A stretch of DNA of 64,000 nucleotides from Vulcanimicrobiota bacterium (lineage in GTDB: Bacteria > Vulcanimicrobiota > Xenobia > Xenobiales > JADMJV01), in contig JBFWNU010000004.1 in NCBI GenBank assembly GCA_050250895.1, positions 32,001-96,000 on the forward strand, written 5' to 3'. Of the stretch, positions 59,954 to 64,000 are shown one piece after another. Below the pieces are notes generated by a model, which worked only from the letters and a program-made list of their open reading frames with translations, did not search any database and had not been told where the DNA came from. The position numbers and the translations under genes are program-made. Numbering within the stretch: position 1 is the stretch's first letter; every line of letters begins with the position of its first letter.

Positions 59954-61279
59954 ATGCGAGTGTTGGCCCTGGTTATACTGACGCTGCTCTGCTCGGGTTG
60001 CCGGGGCGAGGGGGGTCAGGAACGGCGCGCCCGAGTGGCCGTCGTCGGCGTGGCCCATCCCGCCGAAGCGACCCCGAGTCAGTCTCGCGAGTATACCGGC
60101 ACGGTCGAGTCGCTCAACCAGGTAGCGGTCGTGCCCCAGGTGGCCGGCCAGCTGGAATCGGTCGAGGTATCGGTGGGCGACTCGGTGGAACGCGGCCAGC
60201 TGCTGGCCGTGGTCGACGATTCGCAGCTCGAGGCCCAGGTCAACCAGGCTCGAGCCACCGCCGCCGCCGGCCAGGCCAGCGTGCAGACCGCCCTGGCCAA
60301 CCTGGCCGCTCAGCGCGACCAGACCCGCACCCAGCAACAGGCGGTGGCCCAGGCCGAGGCCCAGCTCATCGAGGTGGCAGCCGCCGTGGAAAAGGCCGAG
60401 GTGCAGCAGAAGCTGGCTCTGAGCAACCTCAAACGCATTGAAGAAGTGGCCGCCAAAGATCTGATCGCCATCCAGGTGGTGGACGAAGCCAGGGCTCAGG
60501 CCGAGTCGACCGCGGCTGACGTGAAAGCGGCCAAAGCTCAGCAAACGGCCGCTCAGGGCCAGCTAAAACAGGCCCACTCGCGGGTCAAGACGGCGGCCCA
60601 GCAAGAGAAGGCCGCCGAAGCCCAGGTCAACACCGCCCGCGCTCAGGTGGACAGCCTGCTGTCTGCCCTGCAGGCCGTCGAGGTGAGACGGGATTTCACT
60701 CAGGTCGTCTCGCCCATCGACGGTGTGGTCGTGGCGCGCCGTCTGGATCCCGGAGCCTACGTCTCGCCAGGCAGCTCGTCGGCCGTGGTCGAGATTGCTG
60801 GGCTCGAGCAACTGCGTGTCGCCTTTGCCCTCAGCGAGGCGGATCTTTCACTGGTACGGCCGGGCCAAGAAGTGGACATCAGCTTCGATGCGCTACCCAA
60901 CCTCTCGCAGACGGGCCTTGTCAGTGGCCTGGCCGGAGGGCTTGACCCCTCGACCCGTACCATGCGGGTCGAGGTGCGACTAAGCCATCTCGATCCTCGC
61001 TTACGCCCGGGAATGCTCGCTCGCCTCAGACTCAAAGGCCAGACTCGGAAGGGACTGACCATCCCCATTCAGGCCGTGCAGAACAACGAGGGCAAGTTCT
61101 CGGTCTTTGTGGTCGGCGGCGACCAGAACGTGGCCCGGCGGCCCATCGAGGTCGAGGGGATGGAAGGCGACGTGGCCCTGGTGAAGTCGGGTCTATCCAA
61201 GGACGACACGGTGGTGGTGCGCGGAACGGATCAGGTGCAAGAAGGCAAGCCGGTCGAAGCAGTCGAGGTCGACTGGTAG
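59954..61279 (+). CDS. RND periplasmic adaptor (MFP) lipoprotein
   Basis: Lipobox CSGC, coiled coil, SPIDGVV, TRTMRV and LRPGM. Confidence 0.93.
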   Translation: MRVLALVILTLLCSGCRGEGGQERRARVAVVGVAHPAEATPSQSREYTGTVESLNQVAVVPQVAGQLESVEVSVGDSVERGQLLAVVDDSQLEAQVNQARATAAAGQASVQTALANLAAQRDQTRTQQQAVAQAEAQLIEVAAAVEKAEVQQKLALSNLKRIEEVAAKDLIAIQVVDEARAQAESTAADVKAAKAQQTAAQGQLKQAHSRVKTAAQQEKAAEAQVNTARAQVDSLLSALQAVEVRRDFTQVVSPIDGVVVARRLDPGAYVSPGSSSAVVEIAGLEQLRVAFALSEADLSLVRPGQEVDISFDALPNLSQTGLVSGLAGGLDPSTRTMRVEVRLSHLDPRLRPGMLARLRLKGQTRKGLTIPIQAVQNNEGKFSVFVVGGDQNVARRPIEVEGMEGDVALVKSGLSKDDTVVVRGTDQVQEGKPVEAVEVDW

Positions 61280-61282
61280 CCG

Positions 61283-64000
61283 ATGTGGCTGACGCGACTC
61301 GCCCTGCGCAATCCGGTAGCCGTGCTCATGGTCTGTATTGCCGTGTTGGTGCTGGCCGGGATTTCGGCCAGGCGCATCCCGATCGACATGTTTCCCTCGC
61401 TCAATATCCCCGCCATACGGATTAGCACCAACTATCCGGGGGCCACTCCCGAAGAGGTCGAACGCACCATTACCTATCCCCTCGAGCAGGCGATTTCGCG
61501 GGTGAGTGGCATCGTCCGGGTGCAATCAGAATCAGAAACGGGGCGCAGTCGCATCACCGTCTGGTTTGAATGGGGAGCCAATCTCGACACCGCCCTGGTT
61601 CAGATCATCTCCAACGTGCAACGCGCTCAGGACAACTTGCCCCTGGGGGTAGCACCGCCCTCGGTGGCTCTGTTCGACGTTTCGGACTTTGCCGTGGTGC
61701 AGATCGCCATGCGCGCTCCGGCCCTGAGTTCGAAAGAGCAATACGAACTGGCCGAGAATATCCTGGCCCCCCAATTGCAGCGATTGCCGGGCGTCTCCGA
61801 GGTGGTCACCCGCGGAGGCCTGTTGCGACAGATCAACGTGGATTGCGACCCGGCGCGTCTGGTGGCCCGAGGTCTAACGCTCGCTGACGTCCAGGCAGCC
61901 CTGCGAGCCAACAACCGCCTCATTCCCAGCGGCGGACTGCAAAATGATCGCCTTGACTATCAACTGCATGTGCCCACTTTGCTCGACCGGGTCGACGCCA
62001 TCCGGGACGTGATCATCACCTCGCGCAACGGCGTGCCCATCAAAGTGCGCGACGTGGCCAGGGTTGACGACGGTACGGCTACCCGCACCAGCATCTTCAA
62101 GGTCGACGGCCACGACGGAGTCGGACTGTGGGTGATGATGCAGCCGCGCGCGAATGTCGTCCAGCTGGCCGACGCCGTCAACAAAGCCGTTCCCAATCTG
62201 GCCGGCGTACCCGAAGGAGTCGAACTCGAGGTGGTCTTCGACCAGTCCAACTATGTGCGCGAGGCCATCGACGGCCTGGTTCACGAGGGCCTGTTTGGAG
62301 CGGTGCTGGTCTCGATCGTAGTGCTGGTCTTCTTGCGCAATGCGACCAGCGTCTTCATCATCTGCGTGGGCATCCCGCTGGCCATCGCGGCCGCGCTGAT
62401 GATGCTCTACTTCGGCAATCAGACCCTCAACATCTTCACCCTGGGCGGGCTGACGCTGGCCCTGGGGCGCCTGGTCGACGACGCCATCGTGGTCCGCGAG
62501 AACATCACCCGCCATCTCGACGAAGGCGACTCGGGAGCCCGACCCGTGGAAGAGGCGGTACTCGATGCCACCGCCGAGGTAGGCATGCCCGTGCTGGCCG
62601 CCACCCTGACCACCATCGCCGTCTTCTTTCCCGTGGTCTTTCTCGAAGGGGTGGCCCAAAAGCTGTTCGTGCCTCTGGCTATGACGATCATTTTTGCCAT
62701 GATGGCCTCATACTTCGTGTCGATGTCGGTCGACCCCGTGCTCTCGGTTCGATTGTCCCGGCGGGGTGGTCCGGCCGGGCCTATTGCGCGCTGGCTCGAG
62801 GGGGCGCTGGCCCGCCTCGAGGCTGGCTATCGACGCCTGCTCGAAGGCACTCTGCGCCGGCCGGCCATGGTGGCGGTCGTGTTGACCCTGTGTCTAGCCT
62901 CGGCTGTGGCTTTAGCTCCGCATATTTCCACTGAGTTCTTTCCTCGTGGCGACGAGAGCCTCCTCATCGTGCGTCTGCAGTCGCAACTGGGCACCGGGTT
63001 GCCGGCCACGGCCCAGGTGTGTGAACAGGTCGAAGCCCTCATTCGCGAGACCCTCAAGAAAGACGAGGCCCTGGCCATCATCACCTACGCCGGCACTCCC
63101 TCCAACCAGGCCCGCATGTTCGTGCGCTTGCGACCGCCGGCCGAACGGGGTCGCAGCGCCGAGCAAATCTCGCAAGCCCTGCGCAAAGCCACCGCTGGTA
63201 AGATCCCGGGGGTGCGGGTGGTCATCTCGCCGGGCGGCCAGGCCAATCGGGTCCTCAACTTCGGCGCCGGCGCCCCCATCGAGGTGCAGTTGCTGGGCTA
63301 CGACCAGGAGGTGGGAGCTATCCTGGCCGCCGATGTGGCCCGCCTGGTCAGCGCCGTCCCGGGCGCTGAAGATGTGCAGGTCAACCCTCAGGGCCGCGTT
63401 CCCTCGTTCGAAGTCACCATTGACCGGGAGCGGGCGGCTCTGCTGGGACTGAATCCGGTGGACGTTGCCAATACCATCAATATCGCCATCGCTGGCGGCC
63501 CCTCGGGAGGCAACCGCTTCGTCGACCCCGTCACCGGCAACGAGTTCGACCTGGTTACCCGTCTCGAGGAGCGCTATCGCCAGCACCCCGAGGATGTCGG
63601 TGCCGTGCCCATCGCGGCTCTATTCCCCGCTGCCAACCTGCGCAGCCAGGCCGCCACGCCGCTGGCCGTGCGCGACGTGGCTCACGTCGAGTTGGGGGAC
63701 GCGCCACTGTCTATCCAGCGCAAGAATCAGGTCCGCGTCATCGACATCACCGCCAACACCAGTCGCCCCCTGGGCGAGGTCTCGGCCGAGCTGCGCAAGC
63801 AGCTTTCGGCCTATGATTGGCCGGAAGGATTCACCTGGTATCTAGCCGGCCAGACCGAGCAACAAGAAGGCACTTTCAGCAGCATGGGGATGGCCTCGGT
63901 CCTGGCGCTCATGCTGGTGTATATGATCATGGCCTCGCAGTTCGGCAGCCTGTGGGAGCCCATGGTGATCATGCTGACCGTCCCGCTGGGACTGGTGGGG
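61283..64000 (+). CDS. RND efflux permease (AcrB family), truncated by the window end
   Basis: [30 protein letters not shown]; frame open to the window edge, so absent from the ORF track. Confidence 0.93.
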   Translation, partial: MWLTRLALRNPVAVLMVCIAVLVLAGISARRIPIDMFPSLNIPAIRISTNYPGATPEEVERTITYPLEQAISRVSGIVRVQSESETGRSRITVWFEWGANLDTALVQIISNVQRAQDNLPLGVAPPSVALFDVSDFAVVQIAMRAPALSSKEQYELAENILAPQLQRLPGVSEVVTRGGLLRQINVDCDPARLVARGLTLADVQAALRANNRLIPSGGLQNDRLDYQLHVPTLLDRVDAIRDVIITSRNGVPIKVRDVARVDDGTATRTSIFKVDGHDGVGLWVMMQPRANVVQLADAVNKAVPNLAGVPEGVELEVVFDQSNYVREAIDGLVHEGLFGAVLVSIVVLVFLRNATSVFIICVGIPLAIAAALMMLYFGNQTLNIFTLGGLTLALGRLVDDAIVVRENITRHLDEGDSGARPVEEAVLDATAEVGMPVLAATLTTIAVFFPVVFLEGVAQKLFVPLAMTIIFAMMASYFVSMSVDPVLSVRLSRRGGPAGPIARWLEGALARLEAGYRRLLEGTLRRPAMVAVVLTLCLASAVALAPHISTEFFPRGDESLLIVRLQSQLGTGLPATAQVCEQVEALIRETLKKDEALAIITYAGTPSNQARMFVRLRPPAERGRSAEQISQALRKATAGKIPGVRVVISPGGQANRVLNFGAGAPIEVQLLGYDQEVGAILAADVARLVSAVPGAEDVQVNPQGRVPSFEVTIDRERAALLGLNPVDVANTINIAIAGGPSGGNRFVDPVTGNEFDLVTRLEERYRQHPEDVGAVPIAALFPAANLRSQAATPLAVRDVAHVELGDAPLSIQRKNQVRVIDITANTSRPLGEVSAELRKQLSAYDWPEGFTWYLAGQTEQQEGTFSSMGMASVLALMLVYMIMASQFGSLWEPMVIMLTVPLGLVG

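Overview
High-GC (roughly mid-60s % by eye) bacterial chromosomal window with about 60 CDS and no rRNA, tRNA, cas or transposase genes that I can support. Recognisable genes: infC (non-canonical ATC start) coupled to a divergent CarD-like gene, hppA, argJ, acetyl-CoA hydrolase/transferase, a Crp/Fnr regulator with CBS proteins and a diheme cytochrome c, two RND efflux operons, a P1B ATPase, SulP, vapBC, and a GH130 plus Opp-type ABC operon. The most unusual elements are: (1) a 1.7-kb non-coding array (42815-44510) of about 33 palindromic 40-43 bp units, interrupted three times by a cassette of variable-stem hairpins joined by a near-constant CTCCCCTCT linker; (2) a coupled B12-type radical SAM (CX3CX3C) and thymidylate-kinase-like pair; (3) a divergent ClpX-like gene split by a 180-bp inverted-repeat element whose excision or inversion would each restore an open frame; (4) five FNR-type boxes with near-identical class II promoter geometry; (5) many apparently leaderless genes. 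All calls come from motif reading by eye; no searches were run.
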